Positions 23,790-36,544 of a stretch of 49,905 nt of DNA are shown piece by piece. The notes under the pieces are model-generated. The model did no database searches. It was given only the letters and a program-made list of their open reading frames with translations, and was not told where the DNA came from. The position numbers and the translations under genes are program-made. The stretch lies in contig LXFE01004239.1 of assembly GCA_001929475.1 (NCBI GenBank), positions 1 to 49,905 of the forward strand. The letters are read 5' to 3'. Numbering within the stretch: the stretch's first letter is position 1; the number at the start of each line of letters is the position of its first letter. Origin of the DNA: Neolecta irregularis DAH-3. Its lineage: Eukaryota.

Positions 23790-25460
23790 TACAGGGACTG
23801 AAATATTGAACAGATTCAAGAATAGCGAGCACAACGCAATTAGGTAAACTTACAAAAGTATAATTTTACTTTAGTTCTGCATCTCAGTGAACTAAGACGT
23901 CAAGTATGGTAAGAAAACCAGACAACTAGGTACACATGCTGTTCCCTACATTCTTGGAGTCATAATCAAGATGGAGAACAAAGAAGAGGTATTAGCATAA
24001 CATAGCAAATTCGAGAATCCAAGAGATGCTTGGATTTTATTTATCACATGCATGCAAGCTCTAATAACTTCAAGACATACCATGCCTTCTATTTGCATTG
24101 ACGCGTATTCATAGTTCTCTTGTTCAAACTACTGGTCAGTCAATGCCTTGTAAATTAATATTCTAACAGTAGGAGTTAGCTTCATACCGATCTCGACCAC
24201 TGTTCAACTTGTTCAAAGCGCTTCTAGTGACATAAATCGAGCTCAAATTGATGAGAGAAGATCATCGTGGTACATGTTTGCCAGCAACTGCCTGTTAACT
24301 TATTGGTATGGCCTGCTCGAATAAGGTGATGTGAGTCAATTACCGTCAAAGATTAGCTCCCCGAACCAGTAAATACCTCGCTCCCTTATATCGAAGTCAT
24401 GATTATAATAGCAAAATTTACTAAAGCCTGAATTTCACGGTTCGTAGATCATGCAATTAACAACTCAAGCAGACAGTCAGAGATATATTCTCAAAAAGCC
24501 CGTATTATCCTTGAAGCTATGATCCCGTGCCATGCTGGCATAACAATTCAATATAAATATTCGGTCCAAGTATACCAATCACGTATTCAGAACAAAAACA
24601 AGTTACGGAGGTGCCCGCATTAATGGCTCTTTCAGCTTGACATTATCTACCATTAACTATGATATTTCCATGTTCTTCGAAATCAAATAAGAATTCTAGC
24701 GTCCTATTAAGTTTTGAGCTAAGGGACGCTAAAGTGTCTTGCCCCATAAGAAATCCTTTAAAAGTCGCTTTGTGGGAACGCGCAAGTTCGAGCAGGGCTT
24801 ATGTAGAAAGAAAATTTGGTAGGATATACGAGCGATGAGGATGGTGCGAGCATGAAGGGAAACCGGGGAGGTTTCTGTGAGATCTAAGAGAGTGGTGGGG
24901 TTGAATGGTTGGTCTGACCTTTCGATAAATAATCAGAATGAAGACTTGAAAGCAAACCCGACTCTTTATAGTATGACTATCTAGAAGGTATGAATTGCAG
25001 CTCTTATATCCTATTCACAGAAGACATGCAGTAAACAAGGAGAGAAACGACTGAGAAAGGAGATATGTCTAAACTGACCCCACGAGTCAACAGATCTCGG
25101 TTCAAGAGTACTGCAGATCGTCGAATACCATCCTATGTGATAGTTCTGACGAGGCCATGATTGGGAGCGTGTAGCGGTGTCGAATCGGAATGAGCGCGTG
25201 TGGCCCATGTCTGCACAAACGTAATACAGAAAAGTGCCCATGTATATAGAGACAGGACTAATGAAAAAGATAGCGAGAAGAGAAAGAGCTCGGAAGATAA
25301 AGTTATTAAAAGAAGGAGCGTGAAGTCGACTTGACAAAAGTGATGACGAGAAAAAGGAACACTGCGGCGCTTAGCCCAGAGCATTTTTTCCATCTAGGTC
25401 CGGCCACGCAACCCCTATGCAGTTGCCTTAAAACAGCGCGCCATTCATTGCTTCAGCACA

Positions 25461-27187
25461 ATGCATCGTATTTTGTCAGAGGCGCATCTTCGATCAAGAA
25501 ATCCAGCAATATCTAGGGGGATCTTGTCTGGGCTTCCTTCTCAACTGGGAGGTATAGGATTCGATCAAGAAACTGGATCAGCTCCCTCTGATGTCCCCCT
25601 TCCAGAGATACCTCAAGGAGCTTCACGGCAGGGAACTGATACTTCGGGGCATTCGATATCTAGACCGCGTACTTCAAAAAAGATCACACCTCCGAACCGA
25701 ACTGTCGTTAATGGGCCAATTCAGATGCTCAGATTTATCCTATTGAGCAACTATGCGAATCCCCTTCTTATTTTTGTGCCAATTGGAATTGCACTTCACT
25801 TTACCAATGTGAGCGCATCAGTTATCTTTGTGATGAACTTTTTGGCCATCATACCGCTTGCGGCGCTATTGTCTCTTGCTACTGGTAAGATTATTGCTTT
25901 TTATCAAATTAACGTATCAGAGGGGAAGCTCTATATTGCTAGTACGTACTAATCATGCAGAGGGTGTGTTAATCTCTCTTTGATTAGAATGCTAATAGCG
26001 CAGTCAGCATCAAGGTTGTAGACAAAAAAACAGCAGTAATCCATTGCAATCTAATATGTTAGGTCGGGCAAACTCTCGGCGGATTAATGAATGCAACTTT
26101 CGGAAATGCGTATTCAATTTCATAGGTCAGAACTGAAAAATTAGCGTCGAATTGATTGTCTCGATTATCGCACTGGTGAAGGGTGAAATCGGTATTGTTC
26201 AAGCGTCTCTTCTTGGATCAATGTTGTCCAATTTGTTGCTCGTTCTCGGTATGGCTTTCTTCTTTGGAGGACTCAAGTAAGCTTTCTAAACCTTGTCAAC
26301 TCTAACTGATAGAAAACCGGAACAAAAGTTCAACATGACGGTAGCTCAGACTAGTTCTTCACTTTTAACGATCTCCATCATCTCGCTCCTCATCCCGGCT
26401 GCCTTCCATTTTTCAGTTCCAGATTCCGATCACGGTGTCTCACAAATATCAAGAGCAGTCAGTATACTTTTGCTGATCACGTATAGCATTTACCTGTGGT
26501 TTCAGGTTTGTTCCACGTCGGTTGCTGGCGCTTACTGCAAGCTAAAATCCCATGCTTATCTTTACGATGTTAGCGAAGAATATGAAATAGAAGAGCACGC
26601 TACTTTGCCTGTTTCTATCGCGGTACTCGTATTGATTGTCGTCACGGTTTTGGTTGCTGTTTGTGCCGAATTTCTCGTTGCTTCTATAGATTCATTAGTT
26701 TCGAACTCCAGCATCAATAGAAAGTTTGTTGGGCTGATATTACTACCTATTGTAGGGAATGCGGCAGAACATGTTACTGCAGTTACTCTCGCTATAAAAG
26801 ATAAGGTTTTCCATATCTGCAACGATACTTTCGCTCATTAATAGGTTGACTTGTCAATCGCTGTTGCGGTTGGAAGTTCTGCGCAGGTTTCATTGTTAGT
26901 AACGCCTTTAATGGTCATTCTTGGTTGGATCATTGGGAAAGACATGGTAGCTCGACCTTTTATTCAAGGGGCTCAATTGCAGACTCTTTTCTTCGACCCA
27001 TTTCAAACCGTTGTCCTTTTCGCTTCCATTTTACTGGTTAATTATATCATTCAGGATGGCAAAAGTAATTATTTGGAAGGCTCTATGTTGGTCACGGCTT
27101 ATATTATCATCGCGTATGTAAGATTGAGTGGCCAGTTTGCTGACTTTTAGCATCGCTGTTTGGTACTACCCCAAGGATTCGTCATAG
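25461..27187 (+). CDS. VCX1: Vacuolar Ca2+/H+ exchanger (CAX family), multi-exon with micro-exons
   Basis: [54 protein letters not shown] and DGKSNYLEG. Start codon is tentative. Confidence 0.9.
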
Positions 27188-27383
27188 CCTGTTTGGGCAT
27201 TAATCTTCTGTTCCAGTATTGGCAGATGTTTTGGGGGTTTGAAAGAACTGTTTACGCCTATTTCCCTATCTTCAAACCTTGGTACTACGAAACGTAGCCA
27301 GGCTCTCATCAACAATATGATAAAGATTTTCAAAAGTTATCTATTCTCTGTTACTAGATGTATACCAGCGTATGGACTTCAAC

Positions 27384-28362
27384 TCATTCTTCCATGAACT
27401 GGTTCTTCATACGCCAATATTCAGACCATCGCATTTCTGTGTATTTCCCATAGCCAAATTCGATTTCGCTAATTGTTTCTTGTACCCTTGCCCAGAGAGC
27501 CCAATACATATGACTAGCCAGACAGAACCATCTGACCTTTTCGTAAAGTTCATTCACCTTTCCCTCTGTAGCATCTTCTCCATAATACGCTGTGATGAAA
27601 GATTTCTGTGTGGTTTCGCTTGGAAACATTTCGTAGTTGCATTCAAATCCGGCGTATTCACAGAAATGATTTGCGATATCGAAGGGCAGTTCTGCAGGTG
27701 AAGCGTACTCATAATCGATGAAATGAATTTCCTGGTCAGGGTCAAGGATAACGTTGCTAGGTTGTTAGAAAATATCTGACATGAGCTGGACGAACGCATG
27801 TAATAGATCATTATGAGAGAAGACAACAGGGCAGTCGAACGACTGGCATTTTTCCTTGAGCCATTCAAGTTCCTTCGCCACAGATTCATCAGGAACTTGT
27901 TTAAGCCATATGGTTATCGTATCCCATAATAAACTCGATTTCGAAGTTTCCAGTTCATGCCATTTGTGCAGATGGCAGGCGATTTCACTAGCATACCGTG
28001 GAAGTTCCTCTGTAGATAGAATGCGACCTGGAATAAACCGATATACCAGACCGTTCTCAAACTGGACGATCAACTCGGGAGCCAAGCCCGCCGCATTGAG
28101 CTTCAAGAGGTTCTCTACTTCCCTCGACCTGTCAATCAGTATATCTGTGTTTTTTCCGTAAATGCGAATGAGAAATGATTCATCTCTGACGGTACAATGG
28201 AAAAGCTCGACGATCAGCGCGGTTAAGGTGGTTATATACAGTATTTGTGATCCCATCTTTGCATTTCCGATAGACTGGATTTGAGTCTGGATAAAGGATT
28301 TGAACTAATTCATCCAAATTATCGCAGGATACTGTGAGTGGAATGCGTCTGATTGGCCCCAT
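27384..28362 (-). CDS. Ethanolamine/choline kinase (3 exons)
   Basis: DGITNT, LIRIYGKNTDILIDRSRE, FENGLVY, Brenner motif FSHNDLLHANVI, FIDYEYA and DIANHFCE. Confidence 0.9.
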
Positions 28363-28495
28363 GGATTTCTCGTGAGGCTCTGGTTTGCAGCTGAACAGTC
28401 GGGTGTCAGTTGAAATAAAGTAAGTAATACTATTGAGTAGTGAGGTAAAGCCTGTCCGGCTAATCCGGGCAGGTCTAGTTTATATAGTTGATAAC

Positions 28496-28760
28496 TGTGG
28501 GGACTACCAAGTCCCACTGCCCCATACGGCAGTACATGCCGGATTCGGCCTGGAGGAAGGAGAGGACGGGTAACTGGAAGCGGACCTTGGTGAGGAGGAC
28601 AAGAGTCCTAATTCAGGAGAGGAGACGGAGCGCATGCGACGGGGATGAGCGTTTAGGTAGAGCCTGGCACGACTAGCGCACCAGGCTTAATCATACGAGT
28701 TGCTACTATCACATACGTCTACAGGCTCACCCGGGTATTAAGCACCGCTAGCTTGATACT
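28496..28760. mobile_element. Diverged third LTR-family copy in the opposite orientation (right end uncertain)
   Basis: Begins TGTGGGGACTACCAAGTCCCACTGCCCCA, matching the reverse complement of the end of 18988-19278. Further patchy similarity: GGACGGGTA, GA.TAGCGC and TT.CTACTA. Confidence 0.6.
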
Positions 28761-29074
28761 GATAGTAATATAAAACCTCTTTCCATAGCCAGTCTCCTCC
28801 TAACTCACCCTATCGGGTCTTCCTCTGCGACTTCCAGCCCGATGCAGTCAGCCGCTTTGGTATTTTTGCAAGGTTGGGCTTGAGTCTATGAGTAGGAATT
28901 GGGTTCACAACTGGCAATTCCGAAAGCATTATTCTACGTAGTGAAGCTTCCAAGAATACACCTTATATCTTTGATATTTCCCTTAGAGTAGATTTTAATG
29001 GCCACATATCATCAGAATTCAAATCTCGCGGTAGAGTGGGATTCCCCCGCATAGCGCCTGAAACAACCACCAGC

Positions 29075-31052
29075 ATGGACCTGAACCAGCCTTTGTTGTC
29101 GCTCAGACGGCTACCATCTACTGTTGATAAGTCAAGCGAGGTTTATCTGAACAATCGCGAAAAGTGGAACGGCCTGATTAAGACATTTCAAGAGAGATTG
29201 GATGAATGTACAAATCAAGGAAAAGGGAAATATATCGAACGGCATATCCGGAGAGGAATGCTGCTGGGCAAGAGCTCCATTTGGTCAATAGCGTCTGATC
29301 ATATACAGCCAGAGACAGGATCTCACTTTTGCTCGACGAAGAATCCCCGTTCCTTGAACTGAATCTCTTCGCCGGTTATGGCCTTCCAGATGGTTCTTAC
29401 TGCGCCTCTCAAGTTGCAGGAATCGGACTTGTGAACGGGATTAAATGTATGGTCACCGCCCATATCCCAACACTTGATGGAGGGGCATGGAAACCGATTT
29501 CAACAATCAAGACTAAGCGGATTTGCAAAATCGCAGCCGAGAATGATTTGCCGATGATCTCCATGGTTCAATCTGTATGGAATAGATATAATCGGTCAAT
29601 GCTAATTAAAAGGCTGGAGTAAGTCTACCACATCAATTTCGAGTCTTTCATAGTGGAGGCGAGCTTTTCAAGGATCTTGCTCAACGCTCTGGTCAAGGGA
29701 CTCCAACTTGCTCGGTGGTCATGGGCAGTTCGACTGCCGGAGGAGCATATCAACCAGGGATGTCGGTATTACTAGTATTATTGGCGATTCTTAATGTAGG
29801 ATTATACAATACTGGTGAAAAACCAAGCACAGGTCTTTCTTGGAGGCCCTCCCCTGGTTAAGATGGCTACCGGCGAAATCACTGACGCTGAAAGCCTTGG
29901 AGGCGCCGATATGCACAGCAGGGAATCGGGTATGTCTTGAGAGCAACTCAGCTCATCGTTAGGCTTGTCTGATCAGTTGGCCATGGACGAGTATTTGTTA
30001 ATTACTGATATAGAATCACTAACCCATTGTCCAGATTCGAAGCTATTTTGAAGGCTCGTCAGTGGATTTTAACAATCAATCGCGAGAATCATGGGTCACA
30101 CCGGGTCCCCAAACTTCGACATGTTTTACCACCCATTTATGACTCAGGTACCTTTTCAAACAATTTATAGACCTTAATGGCCGTCAGACGAACTCCTTGG
30201 CATAGTCTCTGCCGATATTAAACATCCGTTCGATATGCAAGAAGTGATTTCAAGAATAGTTGATGATTCTCGCGTTGAATTATTCAAACCGCTTTACGGG
30301 AAGAATCTAGTTACATGCTGGGGCTACATCCATGGCATATTTCTACAATCCTTGTAACTGACTTGAAAGGGTTTCCTATCGGCATCATCGGAAACCAGAA
30401 CCCTGTTATTTTGTCGCACGAGGCACATAAAGGAACTCAATTCATTCGACTCTGCAACAATAGCAATACTCCAATTATTTTCTTACATAATGTTTCCGGC
30501 TTCATGGTTGGGAAAAAAACCGAGAAAGAAGGGCTTATCAAAGCCGGAAGCTTGTTTGTCAATGCCGTTAGTAACAGCAAAGTCCCACATCTAAGTATTG
30601 TCTGCGGCGCCAGTTATGTCAGTTGTCAATCTGAGAGAGCTATTAATATTTAGGGTGCTGGAAATTATGCAATGTGTGGGCGACCTTATGATCCCAGATT
30701 TCTATTCTCGTGGCCTAATAGTAGATGTAGTGTAATGGGTCCTGAACAACTGACCGGCGTAATGGAGCATATTGCACGCGAAGGAGCCGCGAAGTGATTT
30801 GATCATTCTATTTCCCTGCTGAGGAATAGAGCTGGACACGAAATCGACGAGAAGGCATTGCGGGTACGTAGTGAAGGATTTCGAAAACGTGTTGAAGCAG
30901 ATGGTGATGTTTATTACACATCTGCTCATATGCTTGATGATGGTATTGTTGATCCCCGAGACACAAGAAATGTCTTGGGTATGTGCTTAGACATCGTCTA
31001 CAACGTGGACGTGAAAGGGAATCCCGGGTTTCGAGGAATCTCCCGCATGTAA
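29075..31052 (+). CDS. Acyl-CoA carboxylase carboxyltransferase subunit (MCC-beta / geranyl-CoA carboxylase beta family), multi-exon
   Basis: [59 protein letters not shown] and [11 protein letters not shown]. Ends SRM. Confidence 0.9.
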
Positions 31053-31266
31053 TCACAAAAAGAAAGAAAAATATCGTCAAGATATCCGATTATATACAGT
31101 TTATTAATACGTTCTTGCCTTAGCTTTTTTTAAAACCAATTGCTTGAACCATAACAGCAGGAGTATTACTGTCTCAAGTAACTTTTAGTCGGGGGTATAT
31201 ATCCAAAATCCGAACGACCCCTAAGACATCCTCTCACTCTCATTCATAAGCTTATCCTTTATCGAG

Positions 31267-31671
31267 ATGTCGCATCAAAATGGCCCTATTAATCAACACT
31301 GGAATGATCCAAATACTTGTCTTTTTTCTTCAACATCTTCTGTTCCGTCCACCTCGAAGCAACGCGAATTGGCTTCACGCCTTTCCTCATTCCTAACAAC
31401 AAGAAATGCATGACTCTTGTCTTTTGGCAGGCTGACCTACTAGATAATTGATATACCGCAGAAACGCCTTAGTCAATATCTCTTTCCTCTGCTACACAAT
31501 GAAGAGTTAAACCTGCGGCAGCATGAAGTTTTAGAGAGAGTTATAGGGCTTATTGAGAACGGGGAAAGGGCAGAGGCCCGTCAGGAAATTGTCATTTTGA
31601 TGCAGGGCGATACCACCTGTGCTAAATGGGCTAGTAGTTTGAGAGCAGTCATTGATGGGATGGATATTTGA
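31267..31671 (+). CDS. Small SRA1/Sec31-C-terminal-like helical protein (2 exons; absent from the ORF track)
   Basis: N-terminal WNDP motif. A 36-nt GC-AG intron (31408-31443) removes an in-frame TGA. The C-terminal region reads QKRL..L...L....AEARQEIV.L......KWASSLR.VI. Confidence 0.6.
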
Positions 31672-31852
31672 ACAGGAGTACTATTGTGGGACTAGGCGTT
31701 GGAAAAGTTCACCATTATCATTTGTCTTCATTGGACTAGCATTACGGTTGTAGAAAAAGCTATATTTTTCCTTTTCTTATTTTCAAATAAGCTACGGTTT
31801 GTGAGACTATGACTACGATGAAGGGAGGATGAAGCAAAGTTTGGCCAGGTAT

Positions 31853-32879
31853 TTAATCTCTGAGGAGCGGAGCCCGCTCTCCGGATCCATGTTCATCAGA
31901 AGATTGTCGCGCTCTCGGAATCATCACCTAAGAGGTCAATGGAAGCCCGCATATAAATAAATAACATACTGCGAGGGCAAGAACAGAAAGAATACCAGCG
32001 ATTGCGAATCCAAATATCCACTGCAGGGCTACTACCTTGGTAAAAATCTGACCAATTGCAAGGCTCAGCCCTAAACGAATCTTAGAATAGTAGCGGAGCA
32101 TAATGCATACATTGATAAGCAAGGAGCAAACCAATGGCCCAGTCCTTGAATACTACGACTAGTCCAGCCTGAAAGGCGAAAGCAACCCATATCCAAACAT
32201 TCGCGAAGATTCTACAACCAAGGGTATGGCAGTGCATTGCGATAGCGCCATTATGTAGGAGGTCGATGGCGATGGCTGCGAGGGGAAACTTGCAAACTGG
32301 AAGATGAACCCAGATAAGAGTTCTGAAACTGGGCGTATGTAGCCTAACATATAGCGCGAGAAGGTTGATGAAATTCAATGCAAGGAAGAGCTCTGAAAGC
32401 GTAAAGTGGTGTCTAACCTTGGGATGTCAGCATTTAGAAACCATGCATAGAGTCCATACAAAGAGAAGAACCCAAGCGAAGTGGAAGAGATTGAATAAGA
32501 TGAAATGAGCATGAACTCCAGTCAAGGCAACCGTCTAAATGGTTTAGGCGGGTCAGATAAGTCCTCAAAACCTGAGTGTGTTCATCTCCCCATAGAGAAG
32601 CAATGAACCCAACTTGCCAGAAAAACATCACGAGCCTACGAAGTCAGAGATGCGGGGAACATAGAGGTCATACCAATAGACAGTTGTCATAACAGAGTTG
32701 GTAGTAAATGGAGTGGGATGGGCACTGGAGACATGAAGTATTGTTGGGGCGTATATGGAACAATAAAGAGTAACAATAACGGATAGAAGGAAGGAGATGA
32801 GATTGCCAGTTCTCAGAAGATCTGCAGCGGTCTTCGAAGGCTGAACATTTTCATGGTGGTACTTCGTAAAGATAGCCAT
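31853..32879 (-). CDS. Fungal multi-pass membrane protein, DUF1774-like (multi-exon)
   Basis: PTPFT, HFILFNLFHFAWVLLF, VHLPV..FPL, NGAI, RIFANVWIW, KDWAIG, QIFTKVVALQWIFGFAI and C-terminal ERAPLL. Confidence 0.75.
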
Positions 32880-33576
32880 GAAAGCAAGAGGAGGAGATGG
32901 AGGTTAAGTTGTGAATCAAGGGAGGGTGATGCAGCAAATTTATTCGCCCGCATGACCTGTAGTTATATGGAGAAAGTTTATGCTAGTCAGCTTAAGTGAG
33001 TTCAAATCCTTATGGCACAGAGGCCCTTGCATAAAATTTGTCCTCGAAATCTCACATCCTTGCTGTGAAATATTATGTATATCTTCCATGAGATCTTTCT
33101 TGTGACGTCACAATCACGGTTTGACCTTGGCGCTGGAATTCAATTCTGGGAAGTCTATAATTAGTTTTATAATGCCTAACCTAAAGAAGTCAAGTCCGGG
33201 TACACTAAACCAGAATGCCCATCACGGTGTTCATTTGAAAGCAAGTGTCGAAAACCTTCCGCTAAAATAGTGTAGTTCTCTGAACTATCTCATTGCCTTG
33301 TACTCCATTCTTGAAATACATTCTCTACAAAAGCAGATAACCTTTTGAAAGGTCCCTGGAGTAATAAATAATAATAATTATTATTATTATTATTAGCAAC
33401 TGTAGGAGGTTTATGTCCTGAGACGAACGATAGTTGTATAGGACATTAGAGGTATTCCATCACTCACGCGCATAATTATTCCAAGCCGCAAATTAGGTCG
33501 ACTGCTTTCCCTTAAGCACACCAAGTTCTCAGCAGCACCAAATCCACTTGTCATCGACCGCCAATAATAAACCGCA

Positions 33577-34430
33577 ATGGGTGCTTATAAGTATCTTGAA
33601 GTGAGCCTCTTTTTGAAGAGTAGTTTCTCATTTTCCTAGGAGCTCTATAAGAGGAAACAATCCGATGTTCTTTGCTTCCTTCTCCGGTGGCTTCTCCTTC
33701 ATTTCTAAAACACAAATCTCATCTCTGTTAGTGTTCGGTGCTGGGAATACAGACAGCTGAAGGTCGTTCATCGTGTTCCTCAACCCTCTCGATTAGACAA
33801 GGCTCGACGATTAGGATACAAAGCCAAACAAGGTAGACATTGCATGTCCTTGAAAATGAAGCTCAAGTTCAAGGCTACGTCATATACAGAATCCGAGTTC
33901 GACGAGGTGGAAGGAAGCGTCCAGTTCCGAAGGGCGCTACCTACGGAAAGCCCACCAACCAGGGTGTTAATGCTTTGAAATTCCAGCGATCCTTAAAATC
34001 GACCGCAGAAGAGCGAGTCGGACGCCGATGTTCTAACTTGAGAGTATTAAACAGCTACTGGATTAACCAGGATTCTACCTATAAATACTACGAAGTTATT
34101 CTAGTTGATCCTAACCACAGTATGTTGAAGAAACCCTTTCCTTTTTTGTTAATATTCTCAGAGGTTATTCGACGTGATCCTCGAATGAACTGGATCTGTA
34201 ATCCCGTCCACAAACACCGAGAAGTTCGTGGGTTAACTTCAATGTATGGTATAAGTAAAAAGTCCCGCTGACAATTCAGTGGAAAGAAGTCCAGAGGTAT
34301 CAACAAGGGCCACAGATACAACAAAACGAAAGCTGGACGCTCAAAAACCTGGGTACTGTTTCGTTGCTCAGACTATGCACTAATATCTTAGAAAAAACAC
34401 AACACCCTCCAACTCCGGCGATACAGATAG
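33577..34430 (+). CDS. RPL15: 60S ribosomal protein L15 (eL15), multi-exon
   Basis: [46 protein letters not shown] and [20 protein letters not shown]. Confidence 0.97.
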
Positions 34431-34610
34431 TTGGCATGCTGGTCGGTGTTCCTCAAGAATATATATACAAGACAAGAATATATTTCCTCTTTGTTCAAAG
34501 TTTTCGCACTTTGTTAAACCATGTTCTGAAATCTTCTCTGCAGATGATTAGTCATCCGGACGTAGCGGGAATTAAATGATAGATCTGGCAATTTTGTATT
34601 TCCAGACAAC

Positions 34611-35498
34611 ATGCCATCGAGCTTTGCTGAGCCAGGAATTGTTCGCTTCGATGTGAAATTTGTCCACCAAGTGTTTACCATATTGCTGCCGTCAAATGGC
34701 ACCGTGGATGACTTGAAGGTCGAAATCCAACGTCAGACGTCAATCCCTGTGGCACTCCAGAAACTCACGAGCAAGGGCGTCCTCTTGAAAGATGATTCAG
34801 CTACGCTGCATTCACTTAACCGGAGGCTATTTCTCGTTGGATCCACTCGCGAAGAAGCCGCTGCTGTTGCTTCTGCAAAGCCTTTGCCGGAGAAACGTCA
34901 TACTTTCAATCCCCCAAAACTTCCCAACACCCCAGCTAAAGCCTCTATCTACAAGTTCTCTTTTCTGTCTGTCATTGAGAGTCATCCACAGTCTGACAAA
35001 GCGATGGAAATCTTGAAGCGTTTACAGAACGATCGAGGCATTCAAGAGATCATGGATCGTCATCACTGGACTGTTGGACACCTTACAGAATTAGATCCCG
35101 CTCAATACACAATGCACAATTCTAAGATTCTCGGACTGAATCAGAATAATGGGCAAACCATACTATTACGTTTGCGGACCGATAATTACCAGGGATTTCG
35201 GCACTTCAAAGGTATTAGAGCAACACTGCTTCATGAACTAGTACATAATGAAATTAACGAACACAATGAGCGCTTCTATGCACTATTGAAGGTTTTGGAG
35301 AAAGAAGTTATCGATTTAGATCCCTGGGGAGGAAAAGGTCATGATCTCGGCGGCGAATTCTACAATCCTGACGAAGGAGGACTGATTGGAGGATCATACA
35401 CACTAGGGGGAATGGTATCTACTACAGGTGACGAGCGCTCAGCAAGACTTAATGCTGCTCTGATGCGGCAGAATCAAGATAAAAAGCAAGATAAATAA
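34611..35498 (+). CDS. Ubiquitin-like plus WLM (Wss1-like) metalloprotease fusion
   Basis: N-terminal UBL (IPVALQKL..KG.LLKDD), LGLNQNNGQ.ILLRLRTD and TLLHELVHN (HEXXH). Confidence 0.88.
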   Translation: MPSSFAEPGIVRFDVKFVHQVFTILLPSNGTVDDLKVEIQRQTSIPVALQKLTSKGVLLKDDSATLHSLNRRLFLVGSTREEAAAVASAKPLPEKRHTFNPPKLPNTPAKASIYKFSFLSVIESHPQSDKAMEILKRLQNDRGIQEIMDRHHWTVGHLTELDPAQYTMHNSKILGLNQNNGQTILLRLRTDNYQGFRHFKGIRATLLHELVHNEINEHNERFYALLKVLEKEVIDLDPWGGKGHDLGGEFYNPDEGGLIGGSYTLGGMVSTTGDERSARLNAALMRQNQDKKQDK

Positions 35499-36544
35499 AG
35501 GTTTCAGGACGAAGGGCTTTCATCTGTAATATGCCATTCAATAGTAGGTTGTACTAGTCAACTCGTATGCCTACCATACTTTGCTTTTCTTAAATCCCAA
35601 AATTCTCTAGAGCGATGAAACATCCACTAAAAATCCTTAGGTCACCATATCTTTTACTTTTCTGAAAAATGTACGCCAGTACTGATAATCTAAGGTGACG
35701 TTAACAATTATGACGCTGGTAAGTAGTGTACATATCTACTGTGGTCGCTCATGGACTGGATATTATCTATTGTCGACGTTATTTTCAAGTACATGCTGTT
35801 ATGAAACATTGCTTCCATTGACTAAGACTAATGCAATCAACTTGAAGTTCACTCTTCAAAATCCCTCTCGAAGTACAGTTTTACTGACCCACTCTGTAAG
35901 GACATACCCAAAGGGTATATCTTACCAATACGGCAAGGTGACTTGACTGGAAGTATATAAAGACGGAAGTCAGATAACTAAAAATCTTATCATACTTCTA
36001 AGCGCAGAGCTTACACGCTCTGTTGAGAAGTATTTTAAGATAATTTCAGGAGCACTCGATGCTTGAATTATGAAATGAAATGAACTCTTGGAAAGTCTGT
36101 TAGGATTAAGCTTTATTATCAACTTTAATTATCAGTTAAGCTTATTTATAGATATGCACATATTTTCTGAACTGCTTCCCATTGATGATGCCATTCTGCA
36201 TTTGCGGGACTAAAGGTAAGCCAAATGGTGAATTCATCGGAACCAGAATGGAGGCAAAGCGTAGAAGAAAGAGTTTAGAACAGGCTAGAAAGAGACCCCT
36301 GCTTAATTTTCCAATGAACGTTGGGCGAGAATCAATGGGCTGAAGCCAGTGCCAGAATGCACCCAATCTTTTTTACTGCTTTCAAACCAACTCATGTAAT
36401 GACACACTCTCTCAGGAAAGCGAGGGCATGCTAAATGTATGAAAGTCGATAAGAAGTTTTAAGGATGTCGCCAATAAGGATCTTGGTATACACAAACGAG
36501 CACATCTATTAGAATTACTGATTAATGAACAATCCTACAATTTT

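Noticed and set aside
23900-25400. Possible multi-exon gene(s) on the minus strand (exon-like KRFEQVEQWSRS and FEQENYEYASMQIEGM between GT..AG segments)
   Set aside because: I could not assemble a stop-free model or recognise a family. RNA-seq is needed.
25942-25960. Alternative VCX1 model using the GTACGT donor
   Set aside because: It would need a 19-nt intron and would insert GKLYIAK into a length-conserved motif.
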